Positions 52,501 to 61,433 are shown, counted from the stretch's first letter. The stretch is DNA of 64,000 bases from an uncultured Gammaproteobacteria bacterium (GCA_964427735.1 CAYRUS010000002.1:131734-195733), one strand, 5' to 3'. Numbers and translations are program-made. Notes: generated from the sequence alone by a model not told the origin.

Positions 52501-55456
52501 CAGGTCAGACTTAACCTCAGCTGGTACTGACTCTCTAGGAATCAACAACGCTTATGGAAATTTTAATATTATCAAGGGAACCAATGACGAATTTGCGCAA
52601 AAGCTGTTCGGATCGTACACAGAATTAACTACCCACGCAAATGATCTAGGATACGGCATGATGGTAACCAACGCAGCAGCCTCAACTGGAGGTACTACCT
52701 ATGGAGTTTATCTTAATCTTACCGACACGGATGTGACTCGCTACGGTATTTATGAAGCCGGAGGCGCTACAAACTACTTCGAAGGTAGTATTGGAGTTGG
52801 AACCAACAATCCAGGTGCAAAACTGGATGTTCAAGGAGGGCTAAGATTAGGAGCTGATACAGGTGCAAATAACATCTTAAATACAACTGCAGCAGCAGGA
52901 GCAGCGAGCGGAGATCTTTACTGGGGAGACAAACTTCTTTGTGATTCAAGCGAGTCAAACTGTGGTTGGACTACTAGTTCAAGTGGATCAAATTACTGGA
53001 CTGCAGATTCAGGTGTACTCTCTCCAAACGGTACTGACGGAGAAGTTATTGCTGCAACATCCTCAGCTACGACAGTTGCTACATTTACCTCAGAAGGGTC
53101 AAATGATGCTCTAAAAGCCGGCTCTACTGATAACTACTTTACAGTTGGAAATGGTGGACACGCTAGACTGGTTGATGGCTCTGTCTCAACTCCTGGACTT
53201 GGATTTGTTAACGATCCTGATACTGGAATTTATAGATCTGCTTCTGACACACTTGATTTTACTGCAGGTGGAGTTAGAGGTCTTTCTATCAATACAATCG
53301 CAAGCGGTGTGAACTACTTGTCTCTTACCCCTTCAGCAACCGGTAATTCAGTTGACCTAGGAGTGGCAGGAAGTGATGCTAATATTGGACTAGATATTGC
53401 AAGCAAAGGTACAGGTTCAATTTCATTTACATCTGGAAATATAACTGGAACTGGATCATCAAGTTCGTTTGTATTTAATGCAAATGCCTTAACCTCCGGT
53501 TATGGAATAGATTTGACATCAACCTCTACAGGACTTACTACAGGAAGACTGCTTAATCTCTCATGGGAACCAGGCTCTGCAACTACAGCTACAGGTGATC
53601 TATTCCGATTAAACATTGGGGCAAATGGAAATATAGGCAATCTGTTCCATATCACAGACAATGGCTCTACCCTCTTTAGAGTAAGCGAAAGCCAAATAGA
53701 ATCAGCACTTCCTCACGCATTTACAGCTACAGGAGATGTCTCTGTTGCTTATGACCTTGTCTTTACAAACCAATCATCAGGTGAAATTCAATCTTATGGA
53801 CCATTGACTATAGCTTCTGGAGAAAGATTTGAAAACAATAACTTAACTCTTAGAACCTACGGGACAGGAGATTTGGTAGCAGACTTAGGAGCATCTGGAG
53901 AATTTATCCCGGGAACAGATGATGCACACAATTTAGGAAACAGCACCAATAGATGGAAAGAGGTATTCTCTGCTCTTGGAACAATTAACACATCTGATGC
54001 AAGGCTCAAAACTGATGTAGTCGAAATGGATTATGGACTAGAGACACTTATGCAACTTAGACCAGTTAGTTACACACTCAAAGGAAACGAAGAAAGTGGA
54101 ACTCAATTAGGATTAATCGCACAAGAAGTTTTAGGAATTATTCCAGAAGTTGTGAGAGTTCCAGAAGACATTAATAATGGCTATTATGGAATTCGATACT
54201 CCAGCTTAATACCAGTATTAATAAATTCAATTCAAGAACAACAAGAAATTATAACTAATCAAAAAAGTCAGCTTACCACTCTACAATCAGACTTAGCATC
54301 CATCAGCACTAAAGTTGGTAATATTGAGTTAAACTCTACAGGAGAAATTGCAAGTATAGCAGCTGACTTAATTGCAACAAATGAAATTAAAGCTAGAAAT
54401 GGAAATCTTGAAATTGATCTTGCTGAAAGCAACGCAGAAGGTAAATTAGTGATAACAGGACAAAATGAAAAAACTGTAGCAGAAATAGATAGCGAAGGAA
54501 ATGCCAGATTTGATGGAAAAATTAAAGCAGAAGAAATCAATACTCAAAACCTAGAAACTGAAAATGCTACAGTTTCTGGCGAGCTAAGAGCAAAGAAAAT
54601 AATAGCTGATGAAATAATTGGATTTGAATCAAACTCTATAACCAGATCAGAAATCGAAGCAATGCTTGCAGAGTACGAACAAGATCAATCTTTACTTAAT
54701 GAAGCTTCAGAATGGGAATTAGGAACTACTGAAGGAGTTGCATCCCTAACTGAACTGATGACAGAAAATCTCTATGTTACTCAAACAGCAGCATTGGATT
54801 CATTATCTGTTTCAAACTCTGCAGTAATTGGTGGAGATATTATAATTTCACCTTCAAATATTGAAGCAGGTCTTGGAAATAGCATTAATACATTGACTTC
54901 TCCTCTCGAACTTCAATCTGCTGCATCTCAACCATTGAAGATCATGGCTGGTTTAGTAACTATTGATACAAATGGTAATGTAACTATCTCAGGAGATTTG
55001 GCTGTTGCTGGAAAAGTAACAACATCCGGAATAAACTTGGTACAAGATGATACACAAGAGGCTACTGAAAGCGCAACTGTACTTTCTGTTACCGATAAAG
55101 AAGGCTCAGAAGTAGCAACTGTAACAGCAACAGGTTCGGCTACATTTAAAGAATTGTCTGCAGATCGATTTGCAGTAAAACAGGACGAAGAAGCAACCTC
55201 GACTGAAAACTCTGCCGGTACAACATTTACAAACAATGCATCAGCTGGATCTGCAATAATTCCTGCTGGATCAAAACAAGTAATAATCAAAAATAATATA
55301 GTAAAAGAAAATTCGCTGATTTTTGTTACACCAACATCACCAACACCTAATACTATATATATAAAGGATCAAGTAGAGGGTGCATTTATGGTTGGATTTG
55401 ATACTGGAACTCAAGACGAGGTTAAATTTAACTGGTGGGTGGTTGATGTCCAATAA
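43499..55456 (+). CDS. Giant (3985 aa) membrane-anchored fibre/adhesin-like protein: MerR/BldC-type HTH, TM, beta-rich repeats, S74 intramolecular chaperone
   Basis: YLSIHEAADYLNVSRKTLRRWE..RTSGGHRRY; TM YFFVFLLLFGGFVYSV; GNVGIGTT.P repeats; TSDARLK..GLIAQEV..Y..LIPVLINSIQEQQ; true start may be 43523. Confidence 0.88.
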   Translation: MSIFNTCPMPNSTKVYLSIHEAADYLNVSRKTLRRWEKTKVLIPLRTSGGHRRYTKDQLDKFKKIKGRKRITSKVKTKVFENKTSQAVQLPTLSNTNKTQERTSEDSNINLLDTNINNSPKDEYIDYNDNHEHTIKYHKDHIPIIETETPSQITTENLILPQNNIQTNSKPKNNASKLRSVSYFFVFLLLFGGFVYSVKALPGVDLNISKGIKSSMAGSSNSGNIQSAFERVLAATSFNLSLLRVNVNSIFEEDIAINGENITTSSDTINLFNENATTISFGGEAEAINIGAPTGTTVINNALNVGLDLAVNGNLSVVGIATLNTLTLGADTITDITGDGLIVVDGALTSTFGSSIDSTDITDGTISSVDLNISNSPSDGLILAYDESTGGFTWVVDQTGAGGSLFTDAGTVTYLTDTTDDLVIGGTVALSSSKVSIDGDSDQIQFLVQGNSTQTTNLAVFEQSDGTDVLTIDNSGNLITAGSISAATNETINGIDISAGTISDVVNLLINAGGDLSIGGIGLSDTGANNLTSGASLIGVFDEFTNSNSTTLQAVLNDLDAAIGSGSSKWTQDVGFIYLTNSTDSITIGGNTELGKLAIAGDADELQFVVRGNATQTANLATFENSSGDDLLAVTSMGDLLSGFTQLDGSSTANGAGAASKTLVLQAGGGANFDIGNYVRIDSTNCDGAADTCYSKIRGKSGDTLTLSNSLTWANGSVVLEYHIPEVGGTNLADTLDNRYGLGYFISGVTTGNASTFYGDGEITTSSVTNLNSKSLSIRTGNSVVSGNSGDIIIDTGSAEGTAGTISIGENNTSGITIGHSGINTTISGNLIFNSQTINNFTGNGLTTSSDALTIQLTNAADELSSTTSSGSGLEVLSSGLTLLQGCDNGQVLKWNESNNSWECANDTGASSAVINVENNDVEVGTDVDTLDFSTDFILTASPSNEVNISIADDVINFTEISDSLTLDANTNVALGALTFSTSGTGSLDFNSTGQVSFAGNVDAENGLDVTGSSLTVGGTAFVVGTDGTISAGTWSGTAIAAQYGGTGIDTSGATGVPYVSSGIWNTESTLSLSRGGTGASLTDPNADRILFWDDSANSTAFLTVGSGLSLSDTTLSAVDTSATNELQNLFSTISVSGQSNVVADSITDTLTLAAGSNISITTDASNDIITIAASDSDTNNFTTSIAFTGTSTKTLTLTRNGLADLTANFTDIGFDNPMTTAGDIIYGGVSGTATRLAGSANDGYVLKFDANTNAPFWAELIDNDTNYWELSEGILSPDTSQNAEGIAATSSATTVATFTSTGSNDSFWAGSVGNYLTISSTGGLTVPGATNLNGSFSLGDGGDTGSINTSTWDISSTGAITGATYEGLTITTTTGTLTIASGKTLTANNSLTLVGNDSDTWTFPSASGASGTVVGTDESQTLTNKTLTSPRIGTSILDTNENPLFSLSATGSAVNYLTYANAATGNNPTWTATGSDTNISLTTLLKGTGAVLFGSTIANSDTISIKPQTSTTTNPFSGTITSEDLTADRTWTFQDADGTLAFLSDIPTSDNYQYWTLSDGSNTAQINSTETFQINTGTGITALVAEGSPNTLTLSVTDDSDTNELQNLFSTIAVSGQNNVVADSITDTLTLAAGSNISITTDDTNDIITIAATDTNTTYSAGNDLDLSGTQFNIESELNFVTSINPTNSALSLASNGSGNDINLTSANAIAFDDATLTTAITLTDTDTAFDSGHTAIVDAINAAYNAATGGGAGLWEVNSGVLNPSSLTQDLAIGGTDNTAALFFDTSTSALTLNPFGTSTGNTGELRLTELAAEGTNYTGFKSPDSLDANLMYTLPSSAGSNNYVLTTDGSGGLSWQAVGDVGAGSGDVTAVGDCSGNDCFTQSGTGNTLYFEGATANDFEIALTTTGDPDQDYTITLPNASGEITVLGQSIDLTSEVTGVLPLASGGTGASLTDPNADGILFWDDSANSTAFLTVGSGLSLSDTTLSAVDTSATNELQNLFSTISVSGQSNVVADSITDTLTLAAGSNISITTDASNDIITIAASDSDTTYTFTNGLTESGGTAKLGGTLTENTTLTTDTFAFIVDSLNFDGTTIGLTSDTDLLSLSSGALTVNGTGTFTGDLTASADLIVSGRGSFSHGNNQGLNIPTVAGTPSAVTGTSEGDIVYDSTGDALYIYDGSQFSQIGGGGYSGWTLTGDTGSQVISSGDTVSVIGGTNLTSVVTATDTLTLNLDDNITLAGTTGITLTGTGSGITFENSSIITNPSASVFAFGDSTNTLSLNLAAESAGSIDFTTNDTVNLTLNPGGNVGIGTTDPSEMLHVAGDVLFEQNLAINDASIHDNYVINMKVGNTTSGSGHRGINMSGENISKNVTGLFLSVNNTSANTTGVNTFVIGTDAASLYGASNILITNYAAYGVNNSITAKDDATQQRLYGTRTELTTYTNDVGYGLFVKPSIFATGGTQYGAYFDFTSSNTTNYGVYQTGEATNYFAGTVGIGDDAPDFALQIGEVAAGVDTANGVGIAGDLQVDDFALINALRVGSTATDPGDGNAYIEGNLTVNGRGIFTHGNNQGLNIPTVAGTPSAVTGTSEGDIVYDSTGDALYIYDGSQFSQIGGGGYSGWTLDGDTGTPESINSSDTVTFAGGNGLASVVSSTDTLTFNLAALTSDWDQTGANDIILNHADSELKILESTGGTYYATIDAGDLDQDATLRIDSGINLDGNGNTLTLSGNLNVESISAINQDLTTDATGVAFGDLTLAGSAEGTDALTITAGDLTLEDGDLVLSSGQFTLNSDDTDVTTDELKAFNLTSSVTFDTTSASLINYGAYISNTSSISSGANTLTNIGLYATASGADNNYAAIFENGNVGIGTTSPTEKLHVSGDALLSGQLALHGASVNDDYAINIGNLSTNQRGINISAGSPTSPVYGVYFDISNPGSTGASYAYYANATNPGDFAGLMTNVTGGRSHGVVNNLTVTSDYGYGVRNTITSSSTGFNSIYGVRSDLTSAGTDSLGINNAYGNFNIIKGTNDEFAQKLFGSYTELTTHANDLGYGMMVTNAAASTGGTTYGVYLNLTDTDVTRYGIYEAGGATNYFEGSIGVGTNNPGAKLDVQGGLRLGADTGANNILNTTAAAGAASGDLYWGDKLLCDSSESNCGWTTSSSGSNYWTADSGVLSPNGTDGEVIAATSSATTVATFTSEGSNDALKAGSTDNYFTVGNGGHARLVDGSVSTPGLGFVNDPDTGIYRSASDTLDFTAGGVRGLSINTIASGVNYLSLTPSATGNSVDLGVAGSDANIGLDIASKGTGSISFTSGNITGTGSSSSFVFNANALTSGYGIDLTSTSTGLTTGRLLNLSWEPGSATTATGDLFRLNIGANGNIGNLFHITDNGSTLFRVSESQIESALPHAFTATGDVSVAYDLVFTNQSSGEIQSYGPLTIASGERFENNNLTLRTYGTGDLVADLGASGEFIPGTDDAHNLGNSTNRWKEVFSALGTINTSDARLKTDVVEMDYGLETLMQLRPVSYTLKGNEESGTQLGLIAQEVLGIIPEVVRVPEDINNGYYGIRYSSLIPVLINSIQEQQEIITNQKSQLTTLQSDLASISTKVGNIELNSTGEIASIAADLIATNEIKARNGNLEIDLAESNAEGKLVITGQNEKTVAEIDSEGNARFDGKIKAEEINTQNLETENATVSGELRAKKIIADEIIGFESNSITRSEIEAMLAEYEQDQSLLNEASEWELGTTEGVASLTELMTENLYVTQTAALDSLSVSNSAVIGGDIIISPSNIEAGLGNSINTLTSPLELQSAASQPLKIMAGLVTIDTNGNVTISGDLAVAGKVTTSGINLVQDDTQEATESATVLSVTDKEGSEVATVTATGSATFKELSADRFAVKQDEEATSTENSAGTTFTNNASAGSAIIPAGSKQVIIKNNIVKENSLIFVTPTSPTPNTIYIKDQVEGAFMVGFDTGTQDEVKFNWWVVDVQ
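46722..47034 (+). repeat. 313-bp intragenic repeat A, copy 1
   Basis: Matches 49341-49653 with one mismatch seen (AGA/GGA); diverged partial third copy at about 48304-48457. Confidence 0.92.
49341..49653 (+). repeat. 313-bp intragenic repeat A, copy 2
   Basis: Offset 2619 from copy 1. Confidence 0.92.
49922..50092 (+). repeat. 171-bp intragenic repeat B, copy 1
   Basis: Identical by eye to 51203-51373 (HGNNQGLNIPTVAG...GGGYSGWTL). Confidence 0.92.
51203..51373 (+). repeat. 171-bp intragenic repeat B, copy 2
   Basis: Offset 1281 from copy 1. Confidence 0.92.
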
Positions 55457-55457
55457 A

Positions 55458-58400
55458 ATGAAAAAACTAAAAAGACTAAAAATATTTAGAACAAAAAAAC
55501 AGAGATTATTAGCCTTATTTATGCTAGTGGTCTTTTTAGGATCTATCGTACTTTTTAATTTAATTTTTATTAAAGATGCAAGCGCTGCTTGGTGGGACGA
55601 CAACTGGGCTTACAGAGTAAGAGTACCTGTAACAAACAATACAACTACAGAGACAGACGTATACATTGTCTTTGATGGAGACACACTATTTATAGACACA
55701 TCTGATACAAATAAATTTCAGGCAGATTGTGGTGACTTAAGATTCCTAAAAGAAAACGGAGATCTTCTTCCCTATCGCGTAGTCTCTGGATGTGGTACTG
55801 CAAATACAGAAGTTCATGTCAATTTTGACAAGTTTCCTACGGGATCACAAAACATATACTATTATTATGGTAATCCCGATGCTCCAGATGGTTTTGTCAC
55901 CTCTTCTTTTTCTACAGAAGCATCTGATTACACAATTGGCACACCAGCCTCAGAAGAAAAAGGTCCGACACCTGCAATTTATTTAAAATTTGATGAAGGA
56001 TATGGAACAACTGCCTTTGATAGTTCCTCAAATGGTAATGATGGTTCAATCTCATCGGCAAGATGGAAAAACAAAGATTACTGCATTTATGGTAATTGTC
56101 TATTTTTTGACGGAATAGATGATGTAGTAACTGTAGCAAATGCCAATTCAATTGACTTTGATAGTGATTTGGCAGACGGGTTTACCATTGGTATGTGGGT
56201 TAGAGTTAATTCAGATGGTGAAAGTTCAACAGGAGAAATTCTAGATAAAGGAACTAACACTTATATTAAAGTTCATTCAGAAGATACTGACGGCAAAGCT
56301 GATTTAGAAGTCAAACTGGACCTAACAACAACGGACGCAAATTTAAATATTACCGATGGGATAACCATTGATAGATGGCATCACCTATCAGTGATATACG
56401 ACGGAAACAGTTCTATAACTGTATACATAGATGGAGAAAATTCGGGAAGCAATACTGGATCCGGAAGTCTGGAAACTGATACCAGTGATTTATTAATTGG
56501 TGGTGATTCAGCGAATAATTTCCACGGCTTTATTGACGAATTTAAAATATACAATTACATCCGTACCGCTAACCAAATACAATCAGACATTATAAATCTT
56601 GCTTCAGATAGAGGCAACAGTGCCACTTTTGGAACTAGTAATAAATTTTTATCAGATGGACTGATGGGATATTGGAACTTGGACGAAGAAAGCGGTAATG
56701 CAACTGATAATAGTGGGCATGGAGTTACTTTAACAAACAATAACACTACTACTTTAACTGGAGGTAAATACGGACATTCAGGTGATTTTGAGAGTTCCAA
56801 CTCTAATTTTTTTAATGCCATCCAGGGAAGTTCAAGCACTGTAAATACTGCCATAGTGAGACAAAATGCTCCAACCACATTTGGGACACAAGACTTTACA
56901 TCTACTGGGTTTGGTACACCAAAAGCAGCACTTTTTATTATGTCAGAAGCACCTTCTGAGGGATCAGTAACCGCAAATGCATCTCTTAGCATTGGTTTTA
57001 CAGATGGGGTTAGTCAATTTGTAAATGCTGTAAAAAGTGTGGATAACGTTTCTCCTGTTGATACATTTACGCAGTTAAGCAATGCTGCTGTCATTGAAGA
57101 AGGAACTACTTCCAGTTCACGAGCACGAGCATCATTTGATTCTTGGATTACAGATGGTGTACGAATCAATTGGGCGAGTAATAGTGGTGGAGGGAATCGA
57201 TTGGTTACTGTGATTTTGTTTGGTGGCGATGATCTTAATGCAAAAGTCACATCTTTTACCACAAATTCCACCAGTGGAAACTCTACAAATGTAGATTTGG
57301 GATTCGTACCAGACCTGGCATTTTTTATGACAGGATCTTCCGGAACATCAACGATCTCAAATGCATGGACGAGCTTTGGTTTTTCCAGTAACACAACTCC
57401 TATCGTGAATAGTTCTGTTAACATTTTCTCTGGCGACAACATATCGACTTCTGAAACATTCATGTTCGCACATACCAACAGAGCCTACTTGAGAATGAGA
57501 TCTAACGCAAGTACAGTTCAACATTCTGCTGAAGTCACGGGTTATATAAGCACACCTGTCCAGGGCATACAGGTTACAACCAGAGATGTAAACAGAAGTG
57601 CGGATATAGCAACATTAGCTTTTAAGTTTAATGATGGAGCAGAATTCTGGGCTGGTATGGTCGATTCTCCAACTACAACCGGTGATCATTCTGTTACCTC
57701 ACCTGGATTCGAACCTTCATTCGTTTGGCAGTTTATGTCAAATGTCACAGCTTTGAATACAAAAATCGACGGGGTCGCATTGGGTTCTTCAACCTTTAAT
57801 TCTACTACAAGTTACAGCAACAGTATGACAGATCAAGACAATGTGTCTACATCAGTTGCAAAATCTCTATCTGAATCAAAAGCAGTTAAACAAAATTTAC
57901 AAAATAACACGACCGGCTTTACAGGAACACTATCTTCTATGGATTCATCAGGTTGGACAATAAATTATACAGATACCCAATCTACTTCAGCTAAATGGCC
58001 TGCTATGGCGATTGGCGGTGGCAACGGTGGAAGTCAATCAGCAACTTCCCATGATCACCTAAATCCACCAGAAAGTCTAACAATTTCTACTTGGATTAAA
58101 CCAGAATCTGTTACTGCTGATACCCAATTTAATATTGTTGGTAAATGGGACAGTAGTGAAGAAGGATATTTGCTTGCTCAATATGGAGATGAAATAAGAA
58201 TGTATATAAATTCAAACTCAAACTATGTAACTACAAATTCTGCCAACCTTTCTACTGGAGTTTGGTACCACATAACAAGCATATATGACGCTCAAGAGCA
58301 AAAAGTAAAAATTTTTATTAATGGTAATGAATCTCCTGCCACAACAACCGGCACAATACCGTCTGCTATTACAAACACCGGAGGAGTTTTCCATATAGGT

Positions 58401-61295
58401 GCAGCAAATTCTACAAACACTGCAGAAAACTTTTATGATGGAAAAATTGATGATGTGAGAATTTACAACCGTGCATTTCTAATTTCCGAAATTACCAAAC
58501 TCTATCAATGGTCCCCCGGTCCTGTAGCTCACTGGAAATTAGACGAAGGGACAGGAACAATTGCAAATGATTCATCTACTTATATTAAAGGCGGAACGCT
58601 AGGTGGAGATGGTGTAGGAACTGACATCCCTACCTGGACTGATGGAAAATACTCCAAGGGACTTCATTTTGACGGCACAGATGACTATGTAGATGTAGGC
58701 ACTGAAATTGGATTTAGATACAGCTTTACTGCAATGGGGTGGATATATTTAGAAGAAGATCCTTCAGCTGGAGGTGATGATTGTGATACTCCGATTATAA
58801 ACAAGCAGGGCGATTTGAGTTCAAGAGATTTTGAACTACAAAACGAATGCGGGTCATGGCAGTTCAGAGTAGCTTCTTCAGACGGATCTGCAAATATTGA
58901 TTTATACGCTGATACGAATGCAAATGAAGATATCGGAGTCTGGACACACGTTGCAGGAGTATATGATTCTGAAAACCAGACGATGGACATATATATAAAT
59001 GGTGTTAAGTCAAATGGACTTTTAACTAATTCTGTACCATCCTCTATAAACAAAACTAACAATCCTGTTTGGTTGGGTGCAAGAGAAAGTGTAGGGTTTT
59101 TGGAGGGTAGGCTGGATGATATTAAACTTTATAATTATCCCCGATCTTCAAAACAAGTAATAGAAGATTTGAATGCAGGGACCCCTTCCCCCGGATCTCC
59201 TATAGGGTCAGCAGTAGCTAGATGGAAATTTGACGAAGGCTATGGAACTACTGCCTATGATTCAAATACCGAAAACGGTGACGCTCTAGACTTGACTTTA
59301 TCAACAGAAGACTCTGCATGGATAAATGATGGGAAGTTTGGAAAAGCATTTAGTGCAGGTGGATCTCGTTGGCTAACAAGAGCTGATGATGACCATCTGG
59401 ATTTCGAAGCAAGCGAAGATATGACAATAAGCTTTTGGCTCCGATCAACAATTGCCGCTGGAGGAAACCCAACTTCTACCGAATATATTATTAACAAACC
59501 ACCATCAGGAACTACAAACGGCGGCTATGCAATCTATGCTAATACTTCTGGTCAAATTTGCTTCGGAATTGACGATGATAATAGCAGTTTCCCAGAAGAT
59601 GAAACCTGCACTAGTGATGATATCTATGACAATGAATGGCATCACGTCACAGCTGTTAAAGATGGTGTTTCTAGCCTTAGAATGTATGTTGATGGCCGTC
59701 AAAACGGTAATCCTGACTTATCTATATCTGCAACAACAAATACTCTTGCAAACTCCTCAGACTTTTTTGTCGGGTCAGCAGATGCAGTAGACAATGACGA
59801 CGACTTTAACGGAGATCTGGATGAGATACAAATATTTAGATCTACACTAGATTCTAGTCAGGTCAAAATTCTTTATAATCAAGGTTTTGCACAAACAATG
59901 GGAACAACCAGTACAGATTCCTCTGGTGATGGCACATATTCTTCTAGTAATGAATATTGTCCTCCAGGATTTGAGTCTACCTGTGCTCCACCAATTGCTC
60001 ATTGGAAGATGGATGAAAATACAGGCACTATAGTAAATGATATTTCTGGCAACAATTTAACTGGCAATCTAACCTCCTCCCCTGCTACAGCCACATGGAC
60101 TCAAGGAGTAAAAGGTGCAGGACTAAAATTTAATGGAGTTGATACTGCAGAAGAATTTATTACTGTTCCAGATGCAGATAGTAGTATTGCTGACTTTGGT
60201 GCAAGTGATAGCTTCTCTATTAGTTTGTGGGTAAAAGGTGACACACTCACAGATCGCCAAGTATTAGTAGCTAACGATGGACCGGGATATCTGATTCAGA
60301 TTGGAGGAAGCGCCAACAGTGGATATGCTCTTTTCCAGGTTCGTGATGGAACTTTTACACCAACTGTCAACTCTGGCTCCACCTCAATTGGCGATAACAA
60401 ATGGCACCATGTGGTTGGCATTAGAGATAAATCTTCAACTCAGTTGCATATATATGTTGATGGAATTTTAAGAGGCGTCAGTACAGACACCACCACAGGT
60501 TCTCTAGATAATACTGCCGATATATTAATAGGTGGAACATTATCATTCCCTTCTCAAGCATATATGGATGATGTAAAAATTTTTGACTATGCTTTGACTC
60601 CTGCACAAGTAGCATGGGATTACAATAGAGGCGGTCCTGTGGGATGGTGGAAGTTTGATGAATGTGAAGGACCAACAGGTTATGATTCGAGTGGATTTGA
60701 AAACAACGGAACAATTAATCCTGGTGACTCCACTGGAGCTAATGACTCAGTGGGTACTTGTACAGGAGGTTCTGGAGAAATGAGATCCGAAGGTGCAAAT
60801 GGAAAAAGAAACACTTCTCTTGATTTTGATGGTACCAATGATAATGTAAGCATAACTGGTATTGGAGTATTTAATAATCTAACTCAGTTCACTACTTCTG
60901 CTTGGTTTAAATGGGATAGCACAGGTTCTCAACAAGTGATCGTTAACAAATCAACTTCTGCACACTTGTATATTAATTCCAGCAATATTTTAAGTAGTTT
61001 TATAGGTGGCTCAGAATGCTCGTCTGGTGTTTCAATTTCACAAGATGTTTGGTACTACGGCACTGTAACTTATGATAGTACTAATGTAAAAATATACGTT
61101 AATGGTAATCTTAAATCGACTTGCGCAAGAACAGCTACTACAGGAACTGGTGATTTAACAATTGGATCAGACAGTACGCCATCCCAATATTTTGACGGAC
61201 AGATTGATGATGTAAAAATTTATAACTATCCTCAGACAGTAAACCAAATAAGAGCATCAATGAATGAAGGAGCTGTAAGGTTTGGAAATAATTAG
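55458..61295 (+). CDS. Large surface protein: DUF2341-like domain plus six LamG/ConA-like domains
   Basis: N-terminal TM/signal; AWWDDNWAYR..DCGDLRF..YYYGNP; six [WL]K[FLM]DE.G...G.[IL]D[DE]..I[YF]-type units; ATG at 55458 (or 55446) abuts the upstream stop. Confidence 0.88.
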   Translation: MKKLKRLKIFRTKKQRLLALFMLVVFLGSIVLFNLIFIKDASAAWWDDNWAYRVRVPVTNNTTTETDVYIVFDGDTLFIDTSDTNKFQADCGDLRFLKENGDLLPYRVVSGCGTANTEVHVNFDKFPTGSQNIYYYYGNPDAPDGFVTSSFSTEASDYTIGTPASEEKGPTPAIYLKFDEGYGTTAFDSSSNGNDGSISSARWKNKDYCIYGNCLFFDGIDDVVTVANANSIDFDSDLADGFTIGMWVRVNSDGESSTGEILDKGTNTYIKVHSEDTDGKADLEVKLDLTTTDANLNITDGITIDRWHHLSVIYDGNSSITVYIDGENSGSNTGSGSLETDTSDLLIGGDSANNFHGFIDEFKIYNYIRTANQIQSDIINLASDRGNSATFGTSNKFLSDGLMGYWNLDEESGNATDNSGHGVTLTNNNTTTLTGGKYGHSGDFESSNSNFFNAIQGSSSTVNTAIVRQNAPTTFGTQDFTSTGFGTPKAALFIMSEAPSEGSVTANASLSIGFTDGVSQFVNAVKSVDNVSPVDTFTQLSNAAVIEEGTTSSSRARASFDSWITDGVRINWASNSGGGNRLVTVILFGGDDLNAKVTSFTTNSTSGNSTNVDLGFVPDLAFFMTGSSGTSTISNAWTSFGFSSNTTPIVNSSVNIFSGDNISTSETFMFAHTNRAYLRMRSNASTVQHSAEVTGYISTPVQGIQVTTRDVNRSADIATLAFKFNDGAEFWAGMVDSPTTTGDHSVTSPGFEPSFVWQFMSNVTALNTKIDGVALGSSTFNSTTSYSNSMTDQDNVSTSVAKSLSESKAVKQNLQNNTTGFTGTLSSMDSSGWTINYTDTQSTSAKWPAMAIGGGNGGSQSATSHDHLNPPESLTISTWIKPESVTADTQFNIVGKWDSSEEGYLLAQYGDEIRMYINSNSNYVTTNSANLSTGVWYHITSIYDAQEQKVKIFINGNESPATTTGTIPSAITNTGGVFHIGAANSTNTAENFYDGKIDDVRIYNRAFLISEITKLYQWSPGPVAHWKLDEGTGTIANDSSTYIKGGTLGGDGVGTDIPTWTDGKYSKGLHFDGTDDYVDVGTEIGFRYSFTAMGWIYLEEDPSAGGDDCDTPIINKQGDLSSRDFELQNECGSWQFRVASSDGSANIDLYADTNANEDIGVWTHVAGVYDSENQTMDIYINGVKSNGLLTNSVPSSINKTNNPVWLGARESVGFLEGRLDDIKLYNYPRSSKQVIEDLNAGTPSPGSPIGSAVARWKFDEGYGTTAYDSNTENGDALDLTLSTEDSAWINDGKFGKAFSAGGSRWLTRADDDHLDFEASEDMTISFWLRSTIAAGGNPTSTEYIINKPPSGTTNGGYAIYANTSGQICFGIDDDNSSFPEDETCTSDDIYDNEWHHVTAVKDGVSSLRMYVDGRQNGNPDLSISATTNTLANSSDFFVGSADAVDNDDDFNGDLDEIQIFRSTLDSSQVKILYNQGFAQTMGTTSTDSSGDGTYSSSNEYCPPGFESTCAPPIAHWKMDENTGTIVNDISGNNLTGNLTSSPATATWTQGVKGAGLKFNGVDTAEEFITVPDADSSIADFGASDSFSISLWVKGDTLTDRQVLVANDGPGYLIQIGGSANSGYALFQVRDGTFTPTVNSGSTSIGDNKWHHVVGIRDKSSTQLHIYVDGILRGVSTDTTTGSLDNTADILIGGTLSFPSQAYMDDVKIFDYALTPAQVAWDYNRGGPVGWWKFDECEGPTGYDSSGFENNGTINPGDSTGANDSVGTCTGGSGEMRSEGANGKRNTSLDFDGTNDNVSITGIGVFNNLTQFTTSAWFKWDSTGSQQVIVNKSTSAHLYINSSNILSSFIGGSECSSGVSISQDVWYYGTVTYDSTNVKIYVNGNLKSTCARTATTGTGDLTIGSDSTPSQYFDGQIDDVKIYNYPQTVNQIRASMNEGAVRFGNN

Positions 61296-61388
61296 TTTTT
61301 TATGTTTATACCATTATTTAGGGAAAATATTAATTTATTGAACAAATAATGCAATTTATAATTTATATACTTTTGCTGTCAAATTTAC

Positions 61389-61418
61389 TTGACATTCAGT
61401 CACCGAAACCAATATAGT
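61389..61418 (+). promoter_or_regulatory. Putative sigma70 promoter
   Basis: TTGACA, 18 nt, TATAGT, 15 nt before the ATG at 61434. Confidence 0.55.
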
Positions 61419-61433
61419 TTATAAGCAGAGAAT

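Noticed and set aside
43570-60714. Many short antisense and alternate-frame ORFs over the giant genes (and similar ones elsewhere)
   Set aside because: Shadow ORFs caused by codon bias of the long S/T/G-rich genes; no independent motifs
43499-61295. Prophage tail region (S74 chaperone, excisionase-like HTH)
   Set aside because: No capsid, terminase, portal or integrase; the proteins carry TM/signal anchors typical of cellular surface proteins
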